Assembly: GCA_026770705.1 (NCBI GenBank)
Contig: JANJGN010000026.1
Coordinates: 37,510,001 to 37,574,000, forward strand
Source of the DNA: Isurus oxyrinchus
Taxonomy: Eukaryota
Length of the DNA stretch: 64,000 nt
Direction: 5' to 3'
The notes under the pieces are model-generated. The model had not been told where the DNA came from. It saw only the letters and a program-made list of their open reading frames with translations, and ran no database searches. Positions 10,850 to 24,453 of this stretch are shown here, piece after piece. A program made the translations under genes and the position numbers. Numbering within the stretch: the first letter of the stretch is position 1; every line of letters begins with the position of its first letter.

Positions 10850-11390
10850 ATGGGGAACCATCTCACTCCGCTCCTCATCATTATCTCACTTCTCAGTAAG
10901 TACTTCCTTCCCAGTAAAACTCCATTCTCCTCCTGACTGCTGTAACCGAGGTGTTACTGTTGGTGGTGATGGTGATGGTGGTGTTGATAATTGTGTTGAT
11001 CAATACGAGACTGATACTGATAGCCGTTGTTATTATTATTTCTTTTAGAATGGAGTCGCCAAGACACAGTGGAACAACCGGTTGCTGAAATAAAGGTTGA
11101 AGAAGAAAGGAATGTCACATTTACCTGCACCTTGAAAAAAAGTTCTTCTAACCCTTATGTTCACTGGTACACATCACCGCGGGAAACCTCCAATGTACAT
11201 GTTTCGTCTTGTTGGAGGTTATGTGCAAAGGAACGCCGACTTCAATGAGCGGTTTTCTTCTATGTTTGATAAAAGTAACAAGATTACCGAGCTAACAATC
11301 AACAACACACTGATCCCCGATAGCGCCGTGTATTTCTGTACCATGGAGCCCACACTGCTGCAGAGATATAGGGGATTCCGTACAAAAACT
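10850..11390 (+). pseudogene. TRAV/TRDV: TCR V segment V10, broken by a single frameshift (leader 10850-10895, V exon 11049-11350, RSS 11351-11390 with 24-bp spacer)
   Basis: MGNHLTPLLIIISLL; KWSRQDTVEQP...FTCTL...VHWY then a frame change near 11171 to HHRGKPPMYMF...RFS...DSAVYFCTMEP; CACACTG-24-ACAAAAACT. Confidence 0.88.
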
Positions 11391-12202
11391 CCTCATTGGC
11401 AGTTCCAGTCAGTGCTCACCATGGGGCGCACACACCGGTAATTCAATTTCCACATTGAGAGTGACAGAGAGATTCTGAAAATTGCAACAGAACACAACAC
11501 TCAAAAATAGCAACAGCTGAGGGTCCACTTGTAAAATTATATTAGTTTTTGATTGCACATTACACTTATAATAGATATGAGACTGACAAATCGACCCATG
11601 ATGTCTTTCACTCCGGTTTTTTTTTTGGTTTCCGACACCTTTCCCTTCCTAGTTGTTCCTTACCACTCTTGTTTTCAGAATTTTCTGAAAATTTTGCACA
11701 TTTACTTTTTCCCGTCTTTAATATAAACACTTAAAACTTTTTCTACCGTCTTGCACATTGATTCTGAACCACTCCAACCCGGCTGTTCATGTATTCAGGC
11801 TTGAGTTCAACCCATATCACTGATGAAGATTTCGCTTACGAGTGAATAATTTCCTAACCCAGGCACTGGTGGTGCTGGCCCGCAATATGGAATGAGGATT
11901 AAACGACCGTTCTTGCAGAGAGACAAGGTTAGATATTTTTCAAAGGTGTGATTATTATTGAGTTCAGTTCCTTTGTAGATAAATGCCGCGTGAGGCAACA
12001 CTGCCTGCGGCAGCCAAACCCACTGCTTCCTTTCACTCTTCCCGCTCTGACCCGCCTTATCTGCTCTGCTTTATTGGAAAGGTTGTTGCCGATTTTCCCT
12101 GTTTGACATTGGTTGGATCAGCAGTCCAGTGGGGAACTGACTCCAATTTCTACCCTGACAGAACATTTCCCCGGACTGAGGAGTTGCAAACTCAGGGAAC
12201 AT

Positions 12203-12681
12203 CATGTGAAACTATCTCAGACGACTCATTATTATAACACACTCAGTAAGTAAATGCTTCTCAGTAAAAGGAAAACATTCTCACTCTGGCTGCCCTAATC
12301 CAAACATTATTGAAGCAAAAATGTTTGTTATGATGATGTAATGATAAATATTGTCATTGTCCATGTCAGAATGGAGCCATCAAGACTCATCGGAGCAGTC
12401 GGTACCTGAAATGACGGTTGAAGAGGAAAGGAATAAACTGCACCCTGGAAACAAGCGTTCCCAGCACTTATATGTCACGGTGCAGTCAGCAGCCCGGGCA
12501 GCCTCTACAGTGTGTGTTTTATACTTACGAAGGATAGGAAAACGGAACACCGATTTTAGAGACCGATTCTCTTTCACGTATGTTAACGAGTAGGAACGTC
12601 CTGATATTCAACACTGCCGTGTATTTCTGTGCCACGAAGACCACGCCGCTGCAGAGATATAGCGGAACCCGCGCAAAACCC
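12203..12681 (+). pseudogene. TRAV/TRDV: TCR V pseudogene V11 (V8/V10 family, internal deletions; RSS 12642-12681 with 24-bp spacer)
   Basis: Leader with stop; exon EWSHQDSSEQSVPEMTVEEERN...NTDFRDRFS...TAVYFCATK; CACGCCG-24-GCAAAACCC. Confidence 0.8.
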
Positions 12682-15600
12682 GACACTGGTAGATGCAGTG
12701 AGTGTCACTAGAGGGCGCTGCCACACTAATAATGCACAAGCAAAATCCGTCTCGACTGTGCGAGCCACAGGGGCCATTCTAAACTGCAATAAATCACAAC
12801 AATCAGCAAGAGCAAGTGAAGTCCTGCAGCATTATATTGGCAACTCACATTTATAATAAAAAATAAACTTCAGAAATGCACCATATAAAACCTTAAGTGA
12901 CCTTTATATATTTTCCCTGTCTGTTCCCTTTCATCCCCGTCTCAATTTTTACTCGGAATTGTTTAACCCTCCATCTTCCAGTCTTTTAGTTAATGATATG
13001 AAACCTTTGTTTCTGTTTGCCATATTGATCCAGAACTGCTCAAACCGAGTTTTCTATCAACAAGGGCTGTCAGGTCAAGTCAGTGACTAAGGGCGGAATC
13101 ACCCAGAAACTGCATAGCGGCATCTGACCACTTCTCAGAATCCCCAGTGGAGGGTGTCAGATCACAGGCAGTCTGCAGTGTATTATTAAACACATCACTG
13201 GATCCAGTGTGAAGATGGCGCAGTCAGTATCTAGTGCACCCGAATCGAGATTGTGTCTGATATAATTGTATGTGTGTCAGCTCCTGTTGATATAATAGCA
13301 AAAGTTTTTCTAATGCCTTAAAACAGAATCAAGCACCACTGCAATATGGATGGAATAGAGTTAGTGCAATGACACTGACATGGTTTAGTGTAATGGCAGT
13401 TAAAAATAGAAAATCCCTGTAATGTTCTGCAGGGCAGGCAGAATCTGAGGAGATAAATAGGGTTAATGTTTCATGTTAATGACAGTACATCAGAATAGGG
13501 GACCATCGCCTTGAAACTAACTCTGTTTCTCCAATCCTTTGTTAAAAGCCCGAGTGGTACATTTGGTTCTGCTCTTGCTGCCTTGAGCTGCGAGACCTGG
13601 GTTCACATTTCACTCCAGGGTTCATTGACAATGGAGTATTCGTGCAAATCAAAGCAGGTTACTAATTAGCCCCCAAAATCCTTCCGCCTTTCCACTCCTT
13701 CCTCCAAGAGTGAAGGCATGAAAAATAAACAGAATCTATGTCTACATGTTGAGTCTTTCCAGCATCGAACGTTTTTATTTCAGATTTCCAGCACCTTCAG
13801 TATGTTTCCTTTGTGCTTGTGTAATGGGAACTCGGCCCGATCAGGTCAGCATTAACTAATTGGTTGTATTCACATCCCTGAATTGAAAGGTTGTGGTTTC
13901 AAGTCCCAGTCCAGAGACTTGACCACATACCATGGGCTAATATTCACGGTGGTAATTTATATGTTAGTCTTTCTGTTCTTCATCCATTATTTTCTTAGAC
14001 TCAGAAGGAGTGAGAGGAATTAAAGACAGAGCAACTCTGGGCAGTTTCTCCATCCAGCGAAGGACGGGTTTCTGGGACATTGTTGCCGCTTTGACTTTCC
14101 CGTTCACTTCGAAAAAAACAAACAACTTCTCTCTCCTAGGATTTGCGAAGCGAGTACTAACTGTCGGGCCGGGCAAGTTTGCGGCCTGGTCTAATAATTA
14201 TCACAGAGGCAGGCTCCAGTGTATCAATAACAGAGGATGCTGTTAATCTTACATAAAGGCAGGCAAGGGGGCCGAGTAAACTTCTGGTTGTTATAAGAAG
14301 TGGAAGTGTAAGAAAGCAAAGATGTTCAGGGCCTTAGCACAGGCTTCTGTTACATGGTGAGTGACACAGGGATTTCTGCAGTAAAAACTGGATTGGAAAC
14401 ATCGTAACAGAGGCCCGTGTGACTGACTCCACCTGCTTAAGAGCTGTTATACACAAGGGGAAGACAATCATGGCGGACTCCAGAGATTTCTGATATCTGA
14501 GGGGTCAATGGTGCATCTCTCAGAGGAACAGAAAATAATCTGTTCCTTCTCATTCTTAACGACAATTCTCCATTTGCACAGACAGGCAAGGTCCGTACCC
14601 GGCAGCTTGTGGAAACCAATGTTTAAATCTTCAGCATAACACACGATTGAAAATATTAAAGACCAAAACCTCTCCAGAGGAAAAATCAGAGCCACAAGTG
14701 TTAAAGGTAATCCTGCTTTTTCTAAACAAGTTCTATCTAGTGATATTTTGTTCAAAGTAGTGGTTTGTAAATAGTAATGAACTTCTGAAGGATTCTTGGT
14801 AATTATCAACATGCACACTCAAGTACTGTCAAAAGACAGGATTAGCAGAAGATGAAAGCTGTATTATTATTCCATTTTATTCGGGCTCAATGAGGGACAA
14901 CGATCGATACAGAAAATGTGCTGGGACAATGATATAGATGAGCCATTCAATTGCTCCTATTCTCTATAATCCTTCAAATTCTACCCTCTTCAAGTATTTA
15001 TATTTGATTCATTTTACAAAGTTACTATTAGTCTGATCCCATTACCCTTTCAAGCTGTGCATTCCAGTTCAGAACAACTCGCTGTGTGAAAAAATAAACA
15101 ATCACCCTTCTGTCTTCCCGTTCAATAAAATAAATCTGTGTCCTTTGGTTACCGACCCTCCTGCCAGTTGAAATAATCTGTCCTCATCTAAACTATCAAA
15201 ACTTTCATGATTTTGAACACGTTTAATAGACACACAGAGAGGTGGAGAGAGATAAAACTGAGCGTAGGAGAGTTAAATGAAAAAGCGAGATGGAGAGAAA
15301 CAGAGGAAACAAGTGCCGAGGGAAAGAGAATGTTTTCAGGGAGTGTGTGTGTGTTCAGGGATTTGTGTGGAGGGGGTGTTGGGGTGGTGGAGAATGACAG
15401 CGAAAAATGAAAGGTAGTAAACTTTCATTTCTCTGCTTCAGAGACCCGAGGGATCTCAGTGACTGATCCACTGGCCACCCAGTTATGTCCTGGAACAGAT
15501 CACAAGAGGCTTATTTGTAAATGTCACCGTAATGTGATCTGCGTGACTCTGCTCTGACTCTGTGGCCAGATATAAGCCGCCTTGACAGATGTTCTCGCCA

Positions 15601-16474
15601 GATTGTGGCCCCTGGGTTTATTTTCTGCTCAGAAGTGACATGTGCTGTTTGGAACTGGCAGCAGAGAAATAGGAAGTTGTGTTACCTGAAAATGAAACAG
15701 CAGGCGTCAGTTTCAAGTTATCACCGTCAACAGTCTTCCTGCCTGTGAGGGTGAACTCACTCTGACAGCATCAAGGACAACCACACAGATTACTGCCGAT
15801 CTCAGCATTACATTCACCTCCATTCCCAATTTAAAGAGTTAAATAAATGCGATTATATTGTTTCTAAGATATTAACGGAAGGGGAATGGGAGAAAAGAGG
15901 GGAATTAAAACAATAATTTCGCTCACAGAGGCTAAAATAGAAAGTTTTAAGTTAGGTGCTGTCTGAGAGAAAGAGAGGAGAGAGGTTAAGTGAATGAGCT
16001 GGTGCCTTTCTGGCACTGAACATCCCTCTGATGAGGTTTTGGCGCTTAATCTTTTCAGTGATAATGTGCCTTAAGCTAAAGATTTAAACGTTCGTTACTC
16101 TTAACTGCTAGGTCCGGACCTTGTGAGCCTGTGTAAGTGAGGTAAGTGAAGTCTGAGAGAGAGGAGAGAGGCTAACTGATTTAGGTGTCATCTGAGGCAG
16201 AAGAAGAGAGCGTAGAAGTTTAGTGAGTCAATTGAAAGATGTATTTCCCTTGACAACGGGATGGCCAGCTTGACATTACTTTCCAGAGCACGCAAGACAA
16301 TGCATTACTGACACATATTAATGGTAGCATAGGGTCTGCAAGTATGTTCTCAATAAGCTATCAAAACATGCTGAAAAATAGTTGTAATGTCTTTTGCAAG
16401 CAATGAAAAATGATGTTTTCCAGACGTAACCGCCTCCACAACCATACATATAGCTGCACACATTCACACACAAA

Positions 16475-19029
16475 CACAGAATCACAGAATACCACTGTGC
16501 AGAAGAGGCCCTTTGGCCCATCTAGACTGCACCGATACGTGAGAAACACCTGACGTACCTACCTAATCCCATTTACCAGCACATGGCCCATAGCCTTGAA
16601 TGTTATGACGTGCCAAGTGCTCATCTAGGTACTCTTTAAAGGGTGAGAGGCAACCCGCCTCCACCACCCTCTCATCAGCACATTCCAGACCGTCACCACC
16701 CTCTGGGTAAAAAGGTTTTTCCTCATAGTTCCCCTAAATCTCCTGCCCCTCACCTTGAACTTGTGTTCCCTCGTGACTGACCCTTCAACTCAGGGGAGCA
16801 GCTGCCTCCTCTCCACCCTTCCATGCACCTCATAGTCTTGTACACTCGATCATGTCGCCCATCAGTCTTCTCTGCTCCAACGAAAACAACCCAAGTCTAT
16901 CCAACCTCTCTTCATAACTTAAATGTTTCATCCCAGGCAACATCCTGGTGAATCTCCACTGCACCCTCTCCAGTGCAATTACATCCTGCCTGTAACATGG
17001 AGACAAGAACTGCACACAGTTGTGCACAGCTGTGGCCTCACCAAGGTTCTATACAACTCCAACATCACCTCCCTACATTTGTAACCTGTGCCTCGATTGA
17101 TAAAGGCAAGTGTCCCATATGCCTTTATCACCACCCCACTAACATGCCCCTCCCCATTCAGAGATCTATGGGCACACACACCAAGTTCCCTTTGTTCCTT
17201 ACAACTTCCTAGTGTCATGCCATTCATTGAATACTTCCTTGTCAAATTACTCTTTCCAAAGTGTATCACCTCACACTTCTCAGGGTTAAATTCCATCTGC
17301 TATGCATCTGCCCACTTGACCATCCCGCCTATATCTTCATGTAGCCAAAGCCGCTCAACATTACTATTAACCACCCGGCCAATCATTGGGTACTCCGCAC
17401 ATTTATTAATCCTACCCCCACATAGTGATCAATGTCGTTTATATAAATAATGAATAACTGGGGGCCCAGCACAGATCCCTGTGGTACGCCATGGACATTG
17501 GCTTGCAGTCATTAAAGCAGCATTCTGTCATCACCCTCTGTCTCCTACAACTAAGCCAATTTTGAATCCACCTTATCAAATTATCCTGTATCCCATGTGC
17601 ATTTGCCTTCTATATAAATCGCCCATGTGGGACCTTGTCAAAGGCTTTGCTGAAATCCATATAAACTACATCAACTGTACTACCCTCGTCTGCACACCTG
17701 GTCACCTCCTCAAAAAATGCAAACAAATGTGTTAGGCATGACCTCCCTCTGTCAAAGCCATGCTCACTATCCCTGATCAAATCTTGCCTCCTCAAGTGGA
17801 GATAAGTTCTCTCCTTCAGAATTTTCTCCAATCCGTTCCCTACCACTGACGTGAGATTCACTGGTCTGTACTTCCCTGGCTTAACTCTACAACCCTTCTT
17901 ATATAGCGCAACCACATTCACTGTTCTCCAGTCCTCTGGCACCTCCTCCGTGACCAGAGACGGATTAAAAAATTGGGTCATAGCCCCTGCGAAATCTTCC
18001 CTTGCTCCTTCAGCAGTCTGGGGCACAAATCATCCAGGCCTGGATATTTGACCACTTTAAAGCCTGCCAACACCTCCAATGCCTTGTCACTCCTTGTTTT
18101 AGTTTGCTCAAAAACCTCGCAGTCTCTCTCCTCAAGCTCCATACCTTCATCATGATTCCCTTGGGTGAAGACGGAAGTGAAGTATTCGTCCAACACTCTA
18201 CTGATGTCCTCTGCCTCCACCCATAGATTTCCCCCTTGATCCCTTATGGGCCCTGCTCTTTCCCTGGTTATCCTCTTCCCATTGATATACTTCTAGAATG
18301 CCTTGGGATTTTCCCTCCTTTTACACAACCAGAGATTTCTCATATCCCCTCTTTCCTTTCCTAATTGCTTTCTGAACCTCCACCCTGCACTTTCTGTACT
18401 CAACTAATGCCTCCACTGATTTGCTCCCCTTGTACCTGCTAAAAGCCTCTCTTTTCCTTCTCATCGCATCCTGAATATCTCTGGTCATCCATGGTTCGCT
18501 GGGCTTGTTACTCCTTCCTATCACCCTGGAGGGAACATGTTAAGCCTGTATCCTCCCCATTTCCATTTTGAACGCCCCCCATTGCTCCTCTGTAGATTTC
18601 CCCACAAGTAATTGTTCCCAATCTACCTTGCCCAGATTCTGCTTTATTTTATCAATTTCTGTTCCCCCCAAATCCAAAACATTTTTTTTGAAAATTGTTT
18701 AATTCTTTATCCATAATAAGTTTAAATTGTATCATGTTGTGATCGCTATCACTAATATGCTCCCCCACCATGACCTCAGCCACCTCTGTGGTTTCATTCC
18801 CCAGAATTAGGTCCAGCAATGCACCGTCCCTTGTTGGGCCCTCGCTATATTGACCTAAAAGGTTCTCCTGTACAGATTTTAAGAAATCCACTTCATCCAA
18901 GCCCTTAACACTATGTCTATCTCAATTAATGTTGGGAAAGTTGAAATCACCGAATATAATTACCCTATTGTTATTGTTTTTACACTCCTCCACAAATTGT
19001 GCGCATATTTGCTCCTCAATTTCCCGCTG

Positions 19030-19030
<1 letters not shown>
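16475..19030 (-). mobile_element. CR1 LINE, fragmented ORF2 (endonuclease end and RT)
   Basis: Minus-strand ORFs with GPTRDGALLDLILGN, PEDWRTVNVVALYKKG, YRPVNLTSVV, YMDFSKAFDKVPH, MEFNPEKCEVIHFG; short tandem tail near 16475. Confidence 0.93.
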
Positions 19031-19031
<1 letters not shown>

Positions 19032-19093
<62 letters not shown>

Positions 19094-19112
19094 ACACACA
19101 AACACACACACA
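19032..19112. repeat. (CA)n microsatellite
   Basis: Direct reading. Confidence 0.97.
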
Positions 19113-19739
19113 CTATCCTCACATGCAGGAGATTTAGTCATTAGGACCCTGCGGCAGCTCATTCGCCATTTCAGACCCTCTCTTTCACAATCAATAGCCA
19201 CACCAAAAGCAAACAGGAACTCCTTTTGGGAAAAGTGGGAAATAATCTTCAAATTAAAGAAAACTGTGTGCAATTGCCACTGAGTAACTTAAGTATGAAC
19301 TAGTCATCTCGAACACAATGCAGTTTGTGACTATGTTATGTATTATACAGTGCAATGTGGTTCATCTTAATTTCTGTTCCTCAATCTCATTGATTAAGAG
19401 AATGTTAGAAGATTCATCCCAACCTTTCAACACAAACATTACACACATTACACTGGAGCAATAAGAAATTGCACCCAACGCCGAATAGGTATTAACCAGA
19501 CTAAGCATGTTCTTCCAACCCCTTTTCACCGGCAGGAATATATAACATTTTTAAAATTAGTACCCACCTATCCATCTGGCTCTCTCTCTCTCTCTCTATC
19601 TAATTAGCAGGGACCTTGCATAATGCAGTAATAACTGAGATTCGGTCTGGTGTATTAATAAATGGGATACGATCTTTATAATATAAGGTGAGGCATAGAA
19701 GAGTACAGTAATGAATGAAACAGATTAATGCAGTATTAT

Positions 19740-20722
19740 CACAGAATCACAGAAGCTTAATGTGCAGAAGAAGGTCATTTGGCCCCTCGTGTCTGCATCG
19801 ACTCTCCAAATGAGCATTCTGACCTAGCGCCATTGGCCTCTCTTTTCCCTATATCCATGCACTTTGTCTCCATTCAAATAGTTATCTAATGCCCTCTTGA
19901 ATGCCTCGATTGAACCTTCCTCCACCACACTTCCAGGCAGTGCATTCCAGACCCGGACAACTCGTTGTGTGGTAACACTTTTTTTTCTCACGTCACATTT
20001 GCTTCCTTTTCAAATCACTTTTAATCAGTGCCCTCTCGTTCTTGACCCTTTTACGGGTGGGAACGGCTTCTCCCTATCTATACTTTCCAGCCCCCTCATG
20101 ATTTTGGAAACTTCTAGCAAGTCTCCTCTTAGCCTTCTCCTCTCCATGGAAAGCAGACCCAACTTCTCCAATCTATCCTCATAGCTGAAGTTCCTCATTC
20201 ATATGTTAACGATCCAGATCTTGGTGTGCAGAGGACAATTTCAAAGATTGTGGTTGATACGAAGCTTGGGAGTGTTACGAACTGCAGGGGGGACGGTGGA
20301 CAGACAATATAAAGTAAGGGATGGAATTTCGAAGGTATGCATTCTTGTAAATCTCTTCTGCACTGTCTCCAATGTGTTCACATCCTTCCTATAATATGGT
20401 GCCTAGAACTGCAAACAATATTCCAGCTGAGGTCTAACGATGGTCTTGTATAAATTCAGCATAACCTCCCTGCTCGTGTACTCGATGCCCCTATTAAAAG
20501 AGCCCAGGTTACGATATGCTTTATTAACTGTCATCTTCATCTGTCCTACCACCTTCAATGATCAATGCACATATACATCCAAGTATTTCTGCTCCTGCAT
20601 ACCTTCAAAATTCCACCTCTTATTTTATATTGTCTGTCCACCGTCCCTCCTGCAGTTTGTAGCACTCCCAAGCTTCGTATCAACCGCAATCTTTGAAATT
20701 GTCCCCTGCACACCAAGATCTA
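19740..20722 (-). mobile_element. CR1 LINE 3' fragment with internal inverted duplication
   Basis: CR1-type 3' end (ACAGAATCACAGAA tail) and RT C-terminal remnants (DLGVQGTISK). Confidence 0.8.
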
Positions 20723-21215
20723 GGTTAAGATAAACTGAGACAGGGACTAATGCAGTGATTACTGATACACGGTTTTCATCAATATAAACTGAGACAGGAT
20801 CCAGTGCAGTGATTACTGACATTGGGTTTAGTTTGATATAAAGTGAGGCAGAGCATAGTGCAGTGATTACTGATCCCAGATTTAGGTTGATATGAGCTGT
20901 GACAGAGTCTACTGCAGTGATTGCTGATGCAGAGGCCAGATCAATATAAACTGAGATAGTGTCTTGTGCAGTGATTTCTGATACAGGGTCTACGATTTTA
21001 TAAATTTAAGTACGCCATAGTGCAGTGATTACTTATACAGGGCCATTGCAGTGATTACTGAGAAAGGATATAAGACAATATAAACTGAGACAGGGCCTAG
21101 TGCAGTGATTACTGATACAGGATATAGATTAATAAGAGACAGGGTGTGGTGCAGTGATTACTGATGTCTGATCTGGATTTATATAAACTGAGACAGGGCC
21201 AAGTGCAAGAATTAC
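20723..21215. repeat. ~52-bp minisatellite (ATATAAACTGAGACAGGG..TAGTGCAGTGATTACTGATAC...)
   Basis: About 9 diverged copies read directly. Confidence 0.85.
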
Positions 21216-22485
21216 TTCATCAGTGATCCCCATTTCCCAAGAGCCAATTAAAGTGCTGCAAAATACTGCGGATTCTGGTAATCCAAAGCAAAACAAAAAA
21301 GGAACTCTCAGCAGGTCAGTGGGCCTCAGTTGAGAGAGAAACATATCAAACTTTCAGGCCGATGACAGGTGCAAAATCCCCCTTGGTACTATTCTTTTGA
21401 GCAGGACTTTTCTGCCCACTATCCTGGACCAATATTCATTCTTCAACTAAACTCACATATTATCTGGTTATTTTTTGCAGCTCTATTCGTGGGAGCTTGT
21501 TATGCAGAAATCACCGGATGCATTTCCAACATTCCACAACAGTGACAAAACTTCAACTAACCTACATCAATGAGTTTTAAGGGCTTTAGGACGTCCTAGG
21601 GTCGTGAGCAGCATTCTATAAATGCAAATTATTTCTAAATATTAACATTTTAAAATGCTAGTTGTGATATGTTGAAAACTCAGAGAACAATATGATCGCA
21701 GGTCACTCCTCTGGCTGCTGATTTAACTTGTCCAGTTTAAATGGGTTAAATCTTCAATCAAATTGACATTCAATGGATGTTCAAGGATTCTTTATTGATT
21801 GTGATAGGACTTTTGGAATTCAATTCTTAAGTCAAATTTATTTTTATTTATGTGAAATAAATAACATCTACTCTTATGGATGTTGAAGAAGTTTCCATTC
21901 ATTTTGTACCAACTGTCAATATTCTTGAAATAAACCTTTGTTTTGAATTGAAACTAATCAATATAAGTGTCTACGTTTATCTGGTTTTGCTGCCATGAAC
22001 ACTTCATTAAAACCAGTGAGCCATTTATGTAAATAAACACAGAAATTGAAGTCCCAGATTAGATTCTGGAGAGACGAAAACACAGAAAATATTTCCCCAC
22101 CAACACAGCACAGAAATAGAATCAAATATGCAAATACATCAACCGATTTCAGTAACAATTATTTTTTGGGCATTTTTTAAATCAGTTATATGAGAATGAT
22201 GTCACGATGATATCAATGTTCAGAATTAAGAAGGATTCCCACTTATCATAAAGTATAACAACACGGCAAATGTGTTTGTACGACTGTCCTGTAACCTATG
22301 TCTCTCTGCCTCTTTCTCCTCCCTGGTTCTGTGTCTCGCCTCTCCACCATGGGTCATTGCCTTTACTCCACAGCATGAGGTCAATGTCTAGCCAATGTAT
22401 TCTCTCAGCCCGATTCATGCACTTCAAACTAAATGGATCGAATGAAATGGATTGAAATCTGTAGAGGGAACTTTACTCTAAATCT

Positions 22486-24453
22486 GGTTAAGAAGAAGAG
22501 AGAGGTGTATAGCAGGAATAGGCAACAAGAAGCAAATGAGGTACTTGTAGAGTATAGGAAATGTAAGGAAATACTAAAAAAGGAAATCAGGAAGGCAACA
22601 CGAAGACACGAGGTTGCTTTGGCAGATAATGTGAAGGTAAACCCGAAGGATTTCTACAAGTATATTAAGAGTAAAAGGATAGTAAGGGACACAATTTGTC
22701 CCCTTGAAGATCAGAGTGGTCGTCTATGTGTGGAGCCTCACGAGATGGGGGAGATCTTAACCCGTTTTTTTGCATCAGTATTTACTCAGGAAACTGACAT
22801 TGTGTATAAGGAAGGAAGGGAAACAAGCAGTAGTTTCACGGAACATATAGAGATTAAAGTGGAGGAGGTGCTTGCTGCCTTACAGCGAATAAAGGTAGAT
22901 AAATCCCAGGCCTGACATGATATGCCCTCGGACCTTGACGGAGACTAGTGTAGAAATTGCAGGGGCCCTGTCAGAAATATTTAAAATGTCCTTAACCACG
23001 GGTGAGGTGCCGGAGGATTGGAGAGGAGTTGTTCCGTTGTTTAAAAAAGGCTCCAAAAGTAAACCAGGTAATTACAGGCCAGTGAGCCTGACGTCAGTAC
23101 TAAGTAAATTATTGGAAGGTGTTCTGAGAGATCGGATATATAATTATTTGGACAGCCAAGGGCTGATTAAGGATAATCAGCATGGCTTTGTGCGTGGTAG
23201 GTCGTGTTTAATGAACCTTGTAGAGTTTTTCGAGGAGGTTGCCAAGAAAGGAGATGAAGGAAAGGCTGTGGATGTTGCTTACATGGACAAGGCCTTTGAC
23301 AAGGTCCCTCATGGGAGGTTAGTTCAGAAGGTTCAGACACTTGGTAACCATGGAGAGGTTGTAAACTCGATTCGAAATTGGCTGCGTAGGAGAAGACAGA
23401 GAGTGGCATTTGATGGTTGCTTCTCAGACTGGAGGTCTATGACTAGTGGTGTGCCTCAGGGATCTGTGCTAGGACCATTGTTGTTTGTTGTCTATATCAA
23501 TGATTTGGATGATAATGTGTTGAATTGGATCAACAAGTTTGCTGATGACACTAATATCGGAGGGGTTGTGGACAGCAAGGAAGGTTTTCAAAGCTGGCAG
23601 AGAGATCTGGACCAACTGGAAAAATGGACCAGAAAATGGCAGATGGAATTTAATGCGGAAAAGTGTGAGGTGTTACATTTTGGAAGGTCAAACCAAAGTA
23701 GGACATACACTGTAAATGGTAGGGCACTGAGGAGTGCAGAGGAACAAAGGGATCTGGGAGTTCAGATACATAGTTCCCTGAAAGTGGCGTCACAGGTAGA
23801 CAAGGTTGTAAAGAAAGCTTTTGTCATACTGGCCTTCATAAATCAAAATATTGAGTATAGGAGTTGGGATGTTATGGTGAGGTTGTATAAGACATTGGCG
23901 AGGCCAACTTTGGAGTATTGTGTGCAGTTCTGGTCGCCTAACTACAGGAAGGATATCCGTAAGATTGAGAGAATGCAGAGAAGATTTACGAGGATGTTGC
24001 CGGGTCTTAAGGAGTAGAGTTACAGGGAAAGATTAAACAGGTTAGGACTTTATTCCTTGGAGTGTAGAAGAATGAGGGGAGATATGACAGAAGTTTACAA
24101 AATTATGAGGGGTATAGACAGGGTAAATACGAGTAGGTTCTTTCCATTTAGATTAGGAGAAATAAACATGAGAGGACATGGCTTTAGGGTGAAAGGGGAA
24201 AGGTTTAGGGGGAACATTAGGGGGAACTTCTTCACTCAGAGCGTGGTGAGAATGTGGAACGAGCTACCATCTGACGTGGTAAATGCGGGCTCACTGTTAA
24301 ATTTTAAGAATAAATTGAATAGATACATGGATGGGAGAGGTCTGGAGGGTTATGGACTAGGTGTAGGTCAATGAGACTAGTGGAATAATATTTTGGCACA
24401 GACAAGAAGGGCTGAATGGCCAGTTTTCTGTGCTGTAGTGTTCTATGTTCTAT
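22486..24453 (+). mobile_element. CR1 LINE, 5'-truncated, RT domain largely open (22917-24017)
   Basis: NYRPVSLTS, KAFDKVPH, SGVPQGSVLGPLLF, KFADD motifs; TTCTATG tail. Confidence 0.95.

Larger units (their letters stand above)
8541..12350 (+). repeat. Tandem segmental duplication of a ~1.9-kb two-V unit (8541-10440 and 10445-12350)
   Basis: Both units start GTCTCGG.CA.CA.AGGCCGAGTGGCCTC.TTCGGTGCTCTAAG and are colinear through promoter, leader, V, RSS and second promoter/leader. Confidence 0.85.
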
